64,000 nt of DNA from Gammaproteobacteria bacterium (GCA_016179185.1 JACORW010000059.1:1400-65399), one strand, 5' to 3'. Shown: positions 38,581 to 48,122, numbered from the stretch's first letter. Program-made: numbers and translations. Notes: generated by a model from the letters alone, not told the origin.

Positions 38581-40694
38581 CGGAACAATTCAAGCTGTTT
38601 CTTTTCGGGTGCCGGCGGATGAAACAGGTCAGTGCGCAGATCGAGCCGGCCGCGATTGAGTCCATGCCGTCGGCAGGCCAGCTCGAACCGGCTGCGGACG
38701 ATTTCGGCGAACGGTCCCTGCCCGCGCTGGCGTGAAAAGAACCGCGGATCGTTGTCGCGGCCGCCGCGCAGTTCCCGGATGGCGTTCATCACGCGCCGCC
38801 ACTTCAGCGGTTCGTGCTGCTCCAGCCATTGTTCGAACAAGTCCTTGATCTCGAGGGGCAGCCGCACGATGACGTAACCCGCCCAGCCCGCGCCCGCCTC
38901 CGCAGCGGCAGCCAGGACATCCTCCAGGGCAGCATCATTCAGGAACGGGATCACCGGCGCGAACAGCACACCCACCGGGATCCCGGCCCGGCTCAGGGCG
39001 CGCACGCATTCCACGCGCCGGCGCGGTGCCGCGGCGCGCGGTTCCAGGCGCCGGGCCAAATCGTGATCCAGGCTGGTGATGGAAACGAACACCTGCGCAA
39101 GCTTCCTGCGCGCCATGTCCGCCAGCAGGTCAATATCCCGCTCCACGCGCCAGGACTTGGTGACGACGGTGAGCGGATGATCGTGGGCGCGCAGCACCTC
39201 GATGATCCCGCGTGTAATTTTCCACTCGCGCTCGATGGGCTGGTACGGGTCGGTGTTTGCGCCCAGGGCAATCGGCGTGCAGCGATAACCGGGCTGCGCC
39301 AGTTCCTTCTTCAGCAGCATGGCAGCATCGGGTTTCGCAAACAGCTTCGTTTCAAAGTCAATGCCGGGGGAGAGATCCATGTAAGCGTGCGTGGGCCGGG
39401 CATAGCAGTTGTGACTGACCACGCCATTGGCAATGAAGTCTTCAGTGTCAGTTTGGATGTCGTACATGCGCTGCGCGCGACTGATAGGCTCAATCCTCAC
39501 GATATCGAGCCGTGCCGGTGACTTGACCGCCTGGCCGATGATGTTGCGCTTGCGCGCGATGGCCGGGTCGGTCAGGTGAAAGAGTCGCAATTGCTCCGGG
39601 AGGCCTCCCAGCAGCCGTAGCGACTGCACCGGCTTGTTTACGTCTTTACGGGGCGATTCGATTACAGGGCGGAATCCGAAGAACTTGAGCCCACGCACGA
39701 TCCAGTCGATGATTTCCTTGTCTGTATTGGTGATCCGCAGAACCGTCTGGCTGAAGGAGCCCTCTGCATCGAAAATCCCCGCCAGAAAACCCGCGTACCA
39801 TTCAGCACTCGGGTCCGCGGGCCAGGCGATCAGCCGGCGAACTCGATCCACGCCCTCCTGGGCATGATTTCGAATGCCGTGCATTGCACGCCGTCGGGCG
39901 CGTTCTGCCTGGAATACAAATGAATACGTCGCAATTCCGCAGTCGTGCAGGTATTCCTCGGCACGTCGCAGTGCTTCCGCGTCGCACAGGGCGAGACGAA
40001 ACTGGTGCTGATCCCCGTGGCTGCGGCCTCTTCGCTCGTAATGAAAGGAGGCCAACAGGGCATCACCGCGTACGACGCCGCATAGGTACCCGAGGCGATA
40101 CGCAGGCCCCTTGGGCATAGCAGCTGCAAACGCGCCGGTACCCATCATTTTATTTCCGGCCGTCAGGTGCGGACGCCGGGTTCGTCCCTGTTGCGTGCCC
40201 AAAACGAATTTCCAGCCCCGTTCGGTCAGAAATCTGTGATCCGGACCGGCCACAAGCTTGGTCCCGTCCTCCAGCGTTATCCGGTACGCGGGCTTGATGA
40301 CACTCCAGTGTCCTAGTACACGGGCTGGCGCATAGCGCCGGTACCAGCCTTTTCGAACTGTCCCATAGATTTGGTCGCCAGTCCTGAGGTCGGATAGGGG
40401 CCGCGTCGTTCCATCCAGCATCAGGATTGGGGTGTCCCCGGACAGGCAATAGACACACCCATGCTCGCATCCCCGGTACGGATTGATGGACGCTTCGAAG
40501 GGAATGTCCGGCGACTCGTTGCGGCTGATGATGGTGCGCGGGTGCTCGATGGTGACGGTCGTTGCCGGCGGCGGAGTGGCTTCATCGGGCGCCCAGCCAT
40601 CGTCGAAGGCCTCGCGCTGCCAGTCGAGGTAACGGGCAGCCACCGTCGAGTCAGTACCCCGACCCCTGACTTTTCCAGTCCTGGAGCGCCCCAT
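38577..40694 (-). CDS. PA0069-type radical SAM protein interrupted by an intein
   Basis: 705 aa. The exteins (82 + 276 aa) join to NPYRGCEHGCVY|CYARPTHAY, the CxxxCxxC radical SAM motif. 4-nt overlap with zapE. Confidence 0.9.
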   Translation of the reverse strand: MGRSRTGKVRGRGTDSTVAARYLDWQREAFDDGWAPDEATPPPATTVTIEHPRTIISRNESPDIPFEASINPYRGCEHGCVYCLSGDTPILMLDGTTRPLSDLRTGDQIYGTVRKGWYRRYAPARVLGHWSVIKPAYRITLEDGTKLVAGPDHRFLTERGWKFVLGTQQGRTRRPHLTAGNKMMGTGAFAAAMPKGPAYRLGYLCGVVRGDALLASFHYERRGRSHGDQHQFRLALCDAEALRRAEEYLHDCGIATYSFVFQAERARRRAMHGIRNHAQEGVDRVRRLIAWPADPSAEWYAGFLAGIFDAEGSFSQTVLRITNTDKEIIDWIVRGLKFFGFRPVIESPRKDVNKPVQSLRLLGGLPEQLRLFHLTDPAIARKRNIIGQAVKSPARLDIVRIEPISRAQRMYDIQTDTEDFIANGVVSHNCYARPTHAYMDLSPGIDFETKLFAKPDAAMLLKKELAQPGYRCTPIALGANTDPYQPIEREWKITRGIIEVLRAHDHPLTVVTKSWRVERDIDLLADMARRKLAQVFVSITSLDHDLARRLEPRAAAPRRRVECVRALSRAGIPVGVLFAPVIPFLNDAALEDVLAAAAEAGAGWAGYVIVRLPLEIKDLFEQWLEQHEPLKWRRVMNAIRELRGGRDNDPRFFSRQRGQGPFAEIVRSRFELACRRHGLNRGRLDLRTDLFHPPAPEKKQLELFR
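39408..40448 (-). mobile_element. intein (347 codons) with LAGLIDADG homing-endonuclease domain
   Basis: Starts CLSGDTPILMLDG and ends GVVSHN followed by +1 Cys. LAGLIDADG-like blocks LGYLCGVVRGDA and FLAGIFDAEGSF. Codons checked on the sequence: TGC at 40448-40446, AAC at 39410-39408 and TGC at 39407-39405. Confidence 0.9.
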
Positions 40695-40703
40695 GTGGCG
40701 GCA

Positions 40704-41582
40704 TCAATGCAGCCGCTGCATGGACTGGCGCAGCGCGCTGATACGCCCCTGCACGCGCGTACTGTCATCGGCGTCCGGCGCGAGCAAGAGGTAGGTCTGA
40801 TAGTCCGCGACCGCCGCGCGGAAATGATCCAGCCGGTCGTGCAGTAACGCCCGATCCCGCACTTCCTGCGGCGCCTCCGGCATGACCATCAGCAACATGT
40901 CCTGGATGCGCAACGCGCGCGGAAAGTCCTCGCCATTGACATAGATGTTTTTCAGGTTGCGCAACATGCGCGCGATGATCTCCCGGTTCGTGGCCGGCGC
41001 GAGCAACCGCCGCAGGTTCCACCCCTCGGGCGGCGTCGTGAGGTGCCCCAACCGCCGTTCCAGCTCCGCCTGGTCGAGGATTGGACCGCCGCTGAACGGA
41101 TCAATGATCCGCTCGGTGCCATCCACTGCCGCCTTGACCAGGAAATGCCCCGGGAAGGAGACGCCGTGGATGGTCAAGCCGATGCGCCGGCCCACCTCCA
41201 GGTACACCAGCGATAATGTGATGGGGATGCCGCGGCGGCGTTGCAGCACCTCGTTGAGAAAACTGTTGCGGGGATCGTTGAACGTCCTGAGATCGCCGCG
41301 AAAGCCGAGATCGCGGAACAGGTATTCTCCAAGCGCGGCAAGCGCCTGCGGCTGCGCCCCAGGCATCGTCAACCGGCCGCGGCAGACCGTGGCCATGTCA
41401 TCCAGCTGCTGGAGGCAGGCGTCCATGTTCAGATCGGGATATTCCGGCGCCGCGATCAACAATGCGGCCTGCGCCAGATTGATATTCCCGTCCGGGCCGG
41501 AGACAATGTTTTGAAAGTTTGTTGCCGTCATTTGCGCGATGTGCGCCGCGGCCACTCCGGCCGGGAAACGAGCCATGTCCAC
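40704..41582 (-). CDS. SirB1/YchA-like transglutaminase-fold + TPR protein
   Basis: 292-aa ORF. GIPITLSLVYLEVGRRIGL...GVSFPGHFLVK is typical of the SirB1 family. Alternative start ATG 41531. Confidence 0.75.
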   Translation of the reverse strand: MDMARFPAGVAAAHIAQMTATNFQNIVSGPDGNINLAQAALLIAAPEYPDLNMDACLQQLDDMATVCRGRLTMPGAQPQALAALGEYLFRDLGFRGDLRTFNDPRNSFLNEVLQRRRGIPITLSLVYLEVGRRIGLTIHGVSFPGHFLVKAAVDGTERIIDPFSGGPILDQAELERRLGHLTTPPEGWNLRRLLAPATNREIIARMLRNLKNIYVNGEDFPRALRIQDMLLMVMPEAPQEVRDRALLHDRLDHFRAAVADYQTYLLLAPDADDSTRVQGRISALRQSMQRLH

Positions 41583-41630
41583 TGCAATTTTAGCCCATAA
41601 CCACCTGAGCCTGCTGCCGGTTTGTTGTAT

Positions 41631-43145
41631 ATGAACGAGTTGCTTGCCGTATTGGCGTCACTGCTGGCAGGCGCTGCAGTAGCGTGGTGGGTGCGCGGCA
41701 TAAGGACCAGCGTTAACGCGGCCGTCGCCGCTTCCCGGCTGGAAGCTGCCGAGCAGAAAATCACCGAACAGCAAACGGCGCTGGAAGCCGCGCACGCAGA
41801 ATTGGCGCGCGCGCGCGAGGCCCGCTACGCCGAATCGGAACGCCGCGCCGCTGCCGAGCAAGCGGCAGCGCGGATTCAGCAGGTGGAGATGTTGCTGAAT
41901 GAGCACGCCGGGACGATAACCGCGCAACGCGCGACCATCGCGGAACTGGAAACCAGAATCGTGGAGGAACGCAAAGCCGCCACGGACAAGCTCGGGCTGT
42001 TGAATGATGCTCAGCTCAGGCTCGCTGATGCCTTCAAAGCCCTCTCGTCAGAGGCACTCAAAAGCAATAATCAGGCATTCATTGAACTCGCCAAGGCGAC
42101 ACTGGAGAAATTCCAGGAAGGCGCACGCGGAGATCTCGAGGCTCGGAAAAAGGCCGTGGATGAGCTGGTCCGGCCGTTGCGGGAGTCCATGGAAAAGGTG
42201 GACACGAAATTGGGGGAGATGGAGAAGACGCGCATATCTGCATACTCGGCGTTGAGTGAACAACTAAAGGGACTGGTCGAAACACATTTGCCCCAGCTCC
42301 ACAGTGAAACACAGAACCTCGTCAAGGCCCTGCGCCAACCCACCGTGCGCGGACGCTGGGGCGAGATTCAATTGAAACGCGTAGTGGAGATGGCGGGCAT
42401 GGTCGATCACTGCGACTTTGTCGAGCAGGAAAGTGTCGAAACGGAGGACGGCAGGCGGCGGCCGGATCTCGTTGTCCGCCTCCCGGGCGGCAAAACCATC
42501 ATCGTCGACGCCAAGGCCCCCGTCAGCGCATACCTGAATGCGGTCGAGGCCACGGACGAGGATGCGCAGAAAGCCTTTCTCTCCGAGCACGCCAGACAGG
42601 TGCGCGATCATATGACGGCGCTCGGGCGTAAAAGCTACTGGGACCAGTTCGATACGACGCCGGAGTTCGCGGTACTGTTCCTGCCCGGTGAAATGTTCTT
42701 CAGCGCGGCGTTGCAGCAGGATCCCGAGCTTATCGAATTCGGCGTCAACCAGCGTGTGATTCCTGCGACGCCGACGACACTTATCGCACTGCTGCGCGCC
42801 GTTGCTTATGGTTGGCGCCAGGAAGCCCTGGCGCGCAATGCACAGGAAGTGGCTGATCTGGGCAAGCAGCTATATGAGCGTATTGCCAAGCTGGCGGATC
42901 ACTGGAGCACTGTCGGCCAGCGCCTCGACCAGGCAGTCGACGCGTACAACAAGACGGTCGCAACACTGGAGTCGCGTGTATTGGTAACCGCTCGACGCCT
43001 GCGCGATCTGAAGGCCGGTGATGCCGACCTTGAAATCGGGCCCATAGAGCCCATCGAACGTGCAACCCGACCTGTGCAAGGGCTCCCCGCCCCGGAAAAT
43101 GATAACCGCGTCACAAAACGGGTCGTCGGCGTGGACGATAAATAG
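41631..43145 (+). CDS. rmuC: DNA recombination protein RmuC
   Basis: ORF 41622..43145 trimmed to ATG 41631. N-terminal TM helix, long coiled coil and a RmuC nuclease-like C-terminal region (RPDLVVRLPGGKTIIVDAKAP). Confidence 0.88.
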   Translation: MNELLAVLASLLAGAAVAWWVRGIRTSVNAAVAASRLEAAEQKITEQQTALEAAHAELARAREARYAESERRAAAEQAAARIQQVEMLLNEHAGTITAQRATIAELETRIVEERKAATDKLGLLNDAQLRLADAFKALSSEALKSNNQAFIELAKATLEKFQEGARGDLEARKKAVDELVRPLRESMEKVDTKLGEMEKTRISAYSALSEQLKGLVETHLPQLHSETQNLVKALRQPTVRGRWGEIQLKRVVEMAGMVDHCDFVEQESVETEDGRRRPDLVVRLPGGKTIIVDAKAPVSAYLNAVEATDEDAQKAFLSEHARQVRDHMTALGRKSYWDQFDTTPEFAVLFLPGEMFFSAALQQDPELIEFGVNQRVIPATPTTLIALLRAVAYGWRQEALARNAQEVADLGKQLYERIAKLADHWSTVGQRLDQAVDAYNKTVATLESRVLVTARRLRDLKAGDADLEIGPIEPIERATRPVQGLPAPENDNRVTKRVVGVDDK

Positions 43146-43244
43146 AATTTACCCTAGTATCGCAACGCATCAAAAACTGAATGTGCCGGATTTTCAGACA
43201 CTAACGATCTGGACCGAATCCGGCGTCAAAGGGTTGCTCCCCCC

Positions 43245-44069
43245 GTGGAACGTGCGCTGCAGGCGATCGTTTTCGACATGGATGGAACTCTGGCCGACAC
43301 GGAGGAGATCCACCGTCAGGCATTCAACCGTGCCTTTGTCGAATGCGACATTCCCTGGCAGTGGTCGCCGGCGGAATACCATGACCTGCTCGCCATTTCC
43401 GGCGGCCGGGAGCGCATTCGGCGTTTTCTGATGCAGAAGCGGGAACGCCCGCGTTCCACCGCGGCGCTGCGGCAACTGGCGCTGACCGTGCACAAACGAA
43501 AGTCCGATATCTACCGCGACATGTTGTGCGCCGGGCAGGTGGCATTGCGTCCCGGGGTCAAACGTTTGCTGGCGGAGGCGCACAGCCGGAATGTCAGGCT
43601 GGCAATCGCCACAAGTTCCTCGCGCCGCAATGTTGACGCACTGTTGAAAACAACCCTGGGCAACGAGGCCGGCGATCTGTTCCGCGCCTTTGCCACCTGC
43701 GACGTGGTCGAGGATCAGAAACCTTCACCTGCCATCTACCAGTACGCGCTGGCGGAACTGGGCGTCGAGCCGGCGCATGCCATGGCCATTGAGGATTCGC
43801 GTAACGGCAATCTGGCCGCGCTGGCAGCGGGACTGACCACGGTCATCACAACCCACCGGTACACGCGCGATAACGATTTTCGCGGCGCAGCACTGGTGCT
43901 GGATCATCTCGGCGAGCCCGGTCAGCCGTTCCACGTGCTGTCCGGTTCGGCCCACGGCGCCACGTTTGTAGATCTCGAGCTGCTGCAGCGGCTGCATGCC
44001 GGCGGGGGTGAACTGCAGGCGGCAACCGGCACCATCCGGCCCATGCGATCCGCCATGGCCGGCAAGTAG
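43245..44069 (+). CDS. HAD-superfamily phosphatase (CbbY-like)
   Basis: 274 aa. IVFDMDGTLADTEE motif I, ATSS motif II and EDSRNG motif III. GTG start. Confidence 0.8.
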   Translation: MERALQAIVFDMDGTLADTEEIHRQAFNRAFVECDIPWQWSPAEYHDLLAISGGRERIRRFLMQKRERPRSTAALRQLALTVHKRKSDIYRDMLCAGQVALRPGVKRLLAEAHSRNVRLAIATSSSRRNVDALLKTTLGNEAGDLFRAFATCDVVEDQKPSPAIYQYALAELGVEPAHAMAIEDSRNGNLAALAAGLTTVITTHRYTRDNDFRGAALVLDHLGEPGQPFHVLSGSAHGATFVDLELLQRLHAGGGELQAATGTIRPMRSAMAGK

Positions 44070-44129
44070 TCACGGTTGTAAGCTGTCCCCCTGGCGCGGC
44101 ACGTCCGGCACATTGCCGGCGCCCATGTC

Positions 44130-45089
44130 ATGACCCTCACGGAACTGCGCTACATCGTCGCCGTCGCCCGCGAGCGGCATTTCGGCCGCGCCGCGGCGGC
44201 GTGCTTCGTCAGTCAGCCGACGCTCAGCGTCGCCGTGCGCAAACTCGAGGATGAACTGGGCGTCGTGCTGTTCGAGCGGCATCAGCACGACGTCGCGATC
44301 ACGCCCGTCGGCGAGCGCATCGTGGAGCAGGCGCAACGCGTGCTGGAACAGGCGGGCGCCATCAAGGTCCTGGCCGGGGAAGGGCGCAACCAGTTGCACG
44401 GCGAGGCGCGCCTCGGCGTCATCTACACCGTCGGGCCGTATCTGCTGCCACGGCTGATCCCCGAACTGAATCAACGGGCACCCGCGCTGACACCCATCAT
44501 TGACGAGGACTTCACCGCCAATCTTGCGGTGAAACTGCGCCAGGGCTCCCTGGACATGGCGATCCTGTCAACGCCGTTCGATGTCCCCGGCATCGAGGTG
44601 CGGGTGCTGTACACGGAACCGTTCGTGGTGGCCCTGCCCAGGGGGCACAAACTCGCCGGACAGCGCCAGATACAGGCCGATGACCTGGCGCGCGAGACAT
44701 TATTACTGCTGCGCGCCGGAAACTGCTTCCGCGATCAGGTACTGGAGGCCTGCCCGGCCTGCCGCGGCGAAACTTTTTCCCGCACCGGCATCCAGAAGAG
44801 CCTCGAGGGCAGTTCCATTGAAACTATCCGGCAGATGGTGGCGGGCGGGGCCGGCGTCACGGTGCTGCCGGCAATGTCGATCCGCACCGAAAGCGGCATG
44901 GACAAGCTGCTGGTTTACCGGCCCTTTGCCGATCCGTCACCGCGGCGCGAGGTGGCGCTGGCGTATAGAGCCACGTTTCCGCGTCCAAAGCTCGTGGACT
45001 TGATTTCCGATACCGTTGCGGCTTGCAATCTTCCCGGCACATTAATAGCCACAAGCAACAAGCCACAAGCAACAAGTAAAACAACATAG
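44130..45089 (+). CDS. oxyR: LysR-family peroxide sensor OxyR
   Basis: 319 aa. HTH region RHFGRAAAACFVSQPTLSVAVRKLEDELG. The redox cysteine pair lies in GNCFRDQVLEAC (compare E. coli GHCLRDQAMGFC). The last 13 codons lie in repeat A2. Confidence 0.85.
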   Translation: MTLTELRYIVAVARERHFGRAAAACFVSQPTLSVAVRKLEDELGVVLFERHQHDVAITPVGERIVEQAQRVLEQAGAIKVLAGEGRNQLHGEARLGVIYTVGPYLLPRLIPELNQRAPALTPIIDEDFTANLAVKLRQGSLDMAILSTPFDVPGIEVRVLYTEPFVVALPRGHKLAGQRQIQADDLARETLLLLRAGNCFRDQVLEACPACRGETFSRTGIQKSLEGSSIETIRQMVAGGAGVTVLPAMSIRTESGMDKLLVYRPFADPSPRREVALAYRATFPRPKLVDLISDTVAACNLPGTLIATSNKPQATSKTT

Positions 45090-45131
45090 TGTTCGTCTTC
45101 ACCTTGTAGCTTGTGGCTTGTTGCTTGTGGC
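45048..45131. repeat. heptamer-armed hairpin (copy A2, near-perfect stem)
   Basis: Left arm GCCACAA GCAACAA GCCACAA GCAACAA. Right arm TTGTAGC TTGTGGC TTGTTGC TTGTGGC. Lies between the convergent oxyR and protease genes. Confidence 0.8.
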
Positions 45132-45142
45132 TTTCTTTAAAG

Positions 45143-46516
45143 CTATTTAATCACCAGGAATGCGGCCGCATTGCCGCGGATGACGCGCAGCAACAATGGT
45201 TCCTGCCTGCGATCCACCGCGGCGAGGAACTCATCCAGCTTCGTCACCTTGGCGTGATTCACCGACGTAATGATGTCGCCCTGGCGCAGGCCGCCGCGCC
45301 ACGCCGGACTGCCGGGTTCGACATGTTCGACTTCGACCCCCTGGACCTGTCCGGCCAGGGGATGGTCCGGGCTCAAGTTGCCGACCGTCACGCCGTTCAA
45401 TTTCGGGTTGACGGCACGCGGGCCGCCGCCATCCTCGCTGCTGCGGGCCGCAACCATTGCGTTCAGATCGCGCCGTTTTCCGTCGCGCAATACGGAGAAT
45501 GAAACCTTTTCGCCGACCTGCAGCAACCCGATATGATTGCGCACGTCGCCGGCGTTGCGCACGGCTTTGCCGTTGATCTCGACGATGACGTCGCCGGCCT
45601 GCAGTCCCGCTTTGGCTGCCGGAGAATCAGGCACGACGCTGTTCACGACCGCGCCCTGCTGTTTCTCCAGCCCGAAGGCGGCGGACAGGTCCGGCGTCAG
45701 GTCCTGCACGGTGATCCCGACTGACCCGCGCTCCACGGCGCCCTTCTCCACCAGTTGCTCCATGATTTGCAGCGCCATATTGATGGGGATGGCGAAACCG
45801 ATGCCGATGTTGCCACCGCTCTGGGAGAATATGGCGGTGTTGATGCCCACCAGTTCGCCGCGCAGGTTGACCAGCGCGCCGCCGGAATTTCCGGGATTGA
45901 TGGAGGCATCGGTCTGGATGAAATCCTCGTAACCTTCGATCCCCAGGCCGCTGCGGCCCAGCGCGCTGACGATGCCGGAGGTCACGGTCTGGCCGAGACC
46001 GAACGGGTTGCCGATGGCAACGACAAAGTCGCCGACGCGCAGGGATTCGGAGTTCGCCGTGGGCACCGCGCGCAACCCCTCCGCCGGCACCTTGATCACG
46101 GCCACGTCGGTATCCGGGTCGGCGCCCACGACCTCGGCCTGAACATGCCGGCCGTCGCGCAGCGTGACCGCGATCTCGACGGCATTGGCAACCACGTGAC
46201 TGTTGGTCAGCACCAGCCCGCGTTTCGCGTCCACGATTACACCCGAGCCCAGCGCCTGCGTCTTGCGCTCGATGGGACCCTGGGGGATGTTGAAAAATCG
46301 GCGGAAAAACGGGTCCGCCAGCAATGGATTGTTCTGCAGCACGACGCGCCCCTCGGTGGCAATGTTCACCACCGCCGGCGTCACCTGTTCCAGCATCGGC
46401 GCGAGGCTGGGCAGCGGTTGATCTTCGACGGACTGGGGCAATGCCGGCCATGCGGCACCGGCGGTCAGCGACAGCAGCAGTGCCGTCGCCGTGAATACGG
46501 AATCCTTCAATGCCAT
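45143..46516 (-). CDS. periplasmic serine endoprotease, DegP/DegQ (HtrA) family
   Basis: ORF 45143..46720 trimmed to ATG 46516, because the upstream part is hairpin repeats. Signal peptide, catalytic GNSGGAL and two PDZ-like regions. Confidence 0.9.
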   Translation of the reverse strand: MALKDSVFTATALLLSLTAGAAWPALPQSVEDQPLPSLAPMLEQVTPAVVNIATEGRVVLQNNPLLADPFFRRFFNIPQGPIERKTQALGSGVIVDAKRGLVLTNSHVVANAVEIAVTLRDGRHVQAEVVGADPDTDVAVIKVPAEGLRAVPTANSESLRVGDFVVAIGNPFGLGQTVTSGIVSALGRSGLGIEGYEDFIQTDASINPGNSGGALVNLRGELVGINTAIFSQSGGNIGIGFAIPINMALQIMEQLVEKGAVERGSVGITVQDLTPDLSAAFGLEKQQGAVVNSVVPDSPAAKAGLQAGDVIVEINGKAVRNAGDVRNHIGLLQVGEKVSFSVLRDGKRRDLNAMVAARSSEDGGGPRAVNPKLNGVTVGNLSPDHPLAGQVQGVEVEHVEPGSPAWRGGLRQGDIITSVNHAKVTKLDEFLAAVDRRQEPLLLRVIRGNAAAFLVIK

Positions 46517-46538
46517 GTTGCTCGCTCCATTGACGTTT

Positions 46539-46717
46539 GGGGACGGAATGGAATTCCGTCCCCATGCTTCATGGTTAGTATGGCATCGCCACTGAAAGTT
46601 CTCGCGGCGATTGCGGAAAAAAAACGCAAGGCGGCTTGCGCCGCCCTGCTTTGATGACTGGGGCGGAATGGAATTCCGTCCCCCTGCCTTGTACGGGACA
46701 GAATCAAATTCTGCCCC
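46539..46717. repeat. three related GAAT..ATTC palindromic hairpins (family C) in the protease upstream region
   Basis: GGGGACGGAATGGAATTCCGTCCCC (46539-46563), GGGGCGGAATGGAATTCCGTCCCC (46660-46683) and GGGACAGAATCAAATTCTGCCCC (46695-46717). A relative lies at 15190-15214. Confidence 0.75.
46575..46602 (-). promoter_or_regulatory. candidate sigma-E-type promoter for the DegP-like gene
   Basis: The minus strand reads AGAACTT-N16-ACTAA, against the E. coli-type consensus GGAACTT-N16-TCNAA. Located ~60 nt upstream of the ATG. Confidence 0.3.
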
Positions 46718-46731
46718 CATACCTCGTCGTC

Positions 46732-47178
46732 TCAGCTCTGAACCGAGATCTTGCGCGGCTGCAACTTCTCGTGCTTCGGCAGCGTGATTTCCAGCACACC
46801 GTCCCTGCCGCGGGCCTTGATGCCGTCCGTATCGGCGGTATCCGGCAGGCTGAAGCGCCGGTAGAACGTCCCGCGCACGCGTTCGACGCGGCGGAAGCCT
46901 TCCCGCTCCTCATCCTTTTCGGATTTGCGCTCGCCGCGCACGGTCAGCACCCCGTTCTCGGCGGTGATCTCGATGTCCTTGGGATCCACGCCGGGCAGGT
47001 CCGCCAGGATCACGAAGCGATCCGTCTCTTCCTTGATATCCACCGCGGGCCGCCACGCGCTGGTGACCACGTTCGAGGCGTCGTCATTGCCAAGTTCGGC
47101 TTCCTGGTTCGTCAGCCGGTTCAGCTCCCTCTGGAAGCGATCCAGCAGGCTGAAGGGTTCGTATCGTACTAATGTCAT
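46732..47178 (-). CDS. Hsp20/IbpA-family small heat-shock protein
   Basis: 148 aa. [41 protein letters not shown] alpha-crystallin domain. Confidence 0.92.
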   Translation of the reverse strand: MTLVRYEPFSLLDRFQRELNRLTNQEAELGNDDASNVVTSAWRPAVDIKEETDRFVILADLPGVDPKDIEITAENGVLTVRGERKSEKDEEREGFRRVERVRGTFYRRFSLPDTADTDGIKARGRDGVLEITLPKHEKLQPRKISVQS

Positions 47179-47221
47179 GTTGCACCTCCTGAAATTTGCA
47201 GGTTTGTCGTCACACCCCTGT

Positions 47222-47249
47222 AGATGGGGTGCGGTCCTGATATTTCAAG
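47222..47249 (-). promoter_or_regulatory. sigma-32 (RpoH) heat-shock promoter
   Basis: The minus strand reads CCCTTGAAA-tatcaggaccgca-CCCCATCTA, against the consensus CCCTTGAA-N13-14-CCCCATNT. About 45 nt upstream of the hsp20 ATG at 47178. Confidence 0.7.
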
Positions 47250-47258
47250 GGGGAAATG

Positions 47259-47350
47259 ACAAGCTACAAGCTACAAGCTACAAGCTACAAGTACATGGAT
47301 CGCAGTGTTCAGTTTGGGTTCCTTGTCGCTCGTTGCTTGTAGCTTGTGGC
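47259..47350. repeat. heptamer-armed hairpin (copy A3)
   Basis: Left arm four GCTACAA units. Right arm TTGTCGC TCGTTGC TTGTAGC TTGTGGC. Lies between the coq7 stop and the sigma-32 promoter. Confidence 0.8.
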
Positions 47351-47355
47351 TGCCT

Positions 47356-48003
47356 TTATATCCGGTACGCCGTTGTCGTCATCACCCGCGCGGCCAGGGA
47401 CATGAGGCTTCGCACCGGTTCCGGCAGCTCGACCGCACCATTGCGCACAGCCTGGGCTGCATGCCGGCTTTCGTCATCGCGCATCTGGCGGACGATTTCC
47501 CGGCTGGGCAAGTCAGCGGCGGGCAGCATTCCCAGATGGGACTCCAGGTGCCGCACCACCTGTTGCTCGGTCTCGGCGACGAAACCCAGCCCCCAGCGAT
47601 CACCCAGCAGGCTGGCCACGGAGCCGATGGCAAAGGAGCCGGCATACCAGAACGGCCGCAACAGGCTGGGGCGGCTCCCCAGCGCCGCCAGCCGCTGTTC
47701 GCACCAGGCCAGGTGATCGGATTCTTCCTGCGCGGCCTGTTCCATGGCCTGCCGTGTGCGGTGGTCCCGCGCCCAGAACGCATGGGCCTGGTACAACGCC
47801 TGGGCCGCGATTTCGCCGGCATGGTTGACCCGCATCAGGCCGGCGGCGTGGCTGCGCTCTTCGGGTGTCAGTCGCCCGGCCTCACTCAATCCACCGGCGG
47901 GGTTTGCGCGGGAGGCATGGGCGGGACGGCCGAACGCGGCGCCCAGCACGCGATCGAGCCCGATGATCAGCCGATCCAGCGGCGTAAAATTGCGCGGTTC
48001 CAT
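47356..48003 (-). CDS. coq7: demethoxyubiquinone hydroxylase (di-iron Coq7 family)
   Basis: ORF 47356..48102 trimmed to ATG 48003. Di-iron motifs GEIAAQALY, EESDHLAW, ETEQQVVRHL and DESRHA. Confidence 0.88.
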   Translation of the reverse strand: MEPRNFTPLDRLIIGLDRVLGAAFGRPAHASRANPAGGLSEAGRLTPEERSHAAGLMRVNHAGEIAAQALYQAHAFWARDHRTRQAMEQAAQEESDHLAWCEQRLAALGSRPSLLRPFWYAGSFAIGSVASLLGDRWGLGFVAETEQQVVRHLESHLGMLPAADLPSREIVRQMRDDESRHAAQAVRNGAVELPEPVRSLMSLAARVMTTTAYRI

Positions 48004-48122
48004 GATCGAATCAGTCGGATGAATTTCCAGTAGATTCAGTATATTGACAGTGTCCGGGGCCGCCCGTACCATTGCGCGTCTTTTTTTGCCACGCCGGAAC
48101 AACCTTCCCGGAAGAAAACCAG

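Noticed and set aside
47259-47291. Tandem short repeats (GCTACAA x4 and similar) considered as a possible CRISPR array or coding low-complexity region.
   Set aside because: The units are 7 nt with no unique spacers, each array faces a complementary array (hairpin), and no cas genes are present. The period is not a multiple of three.
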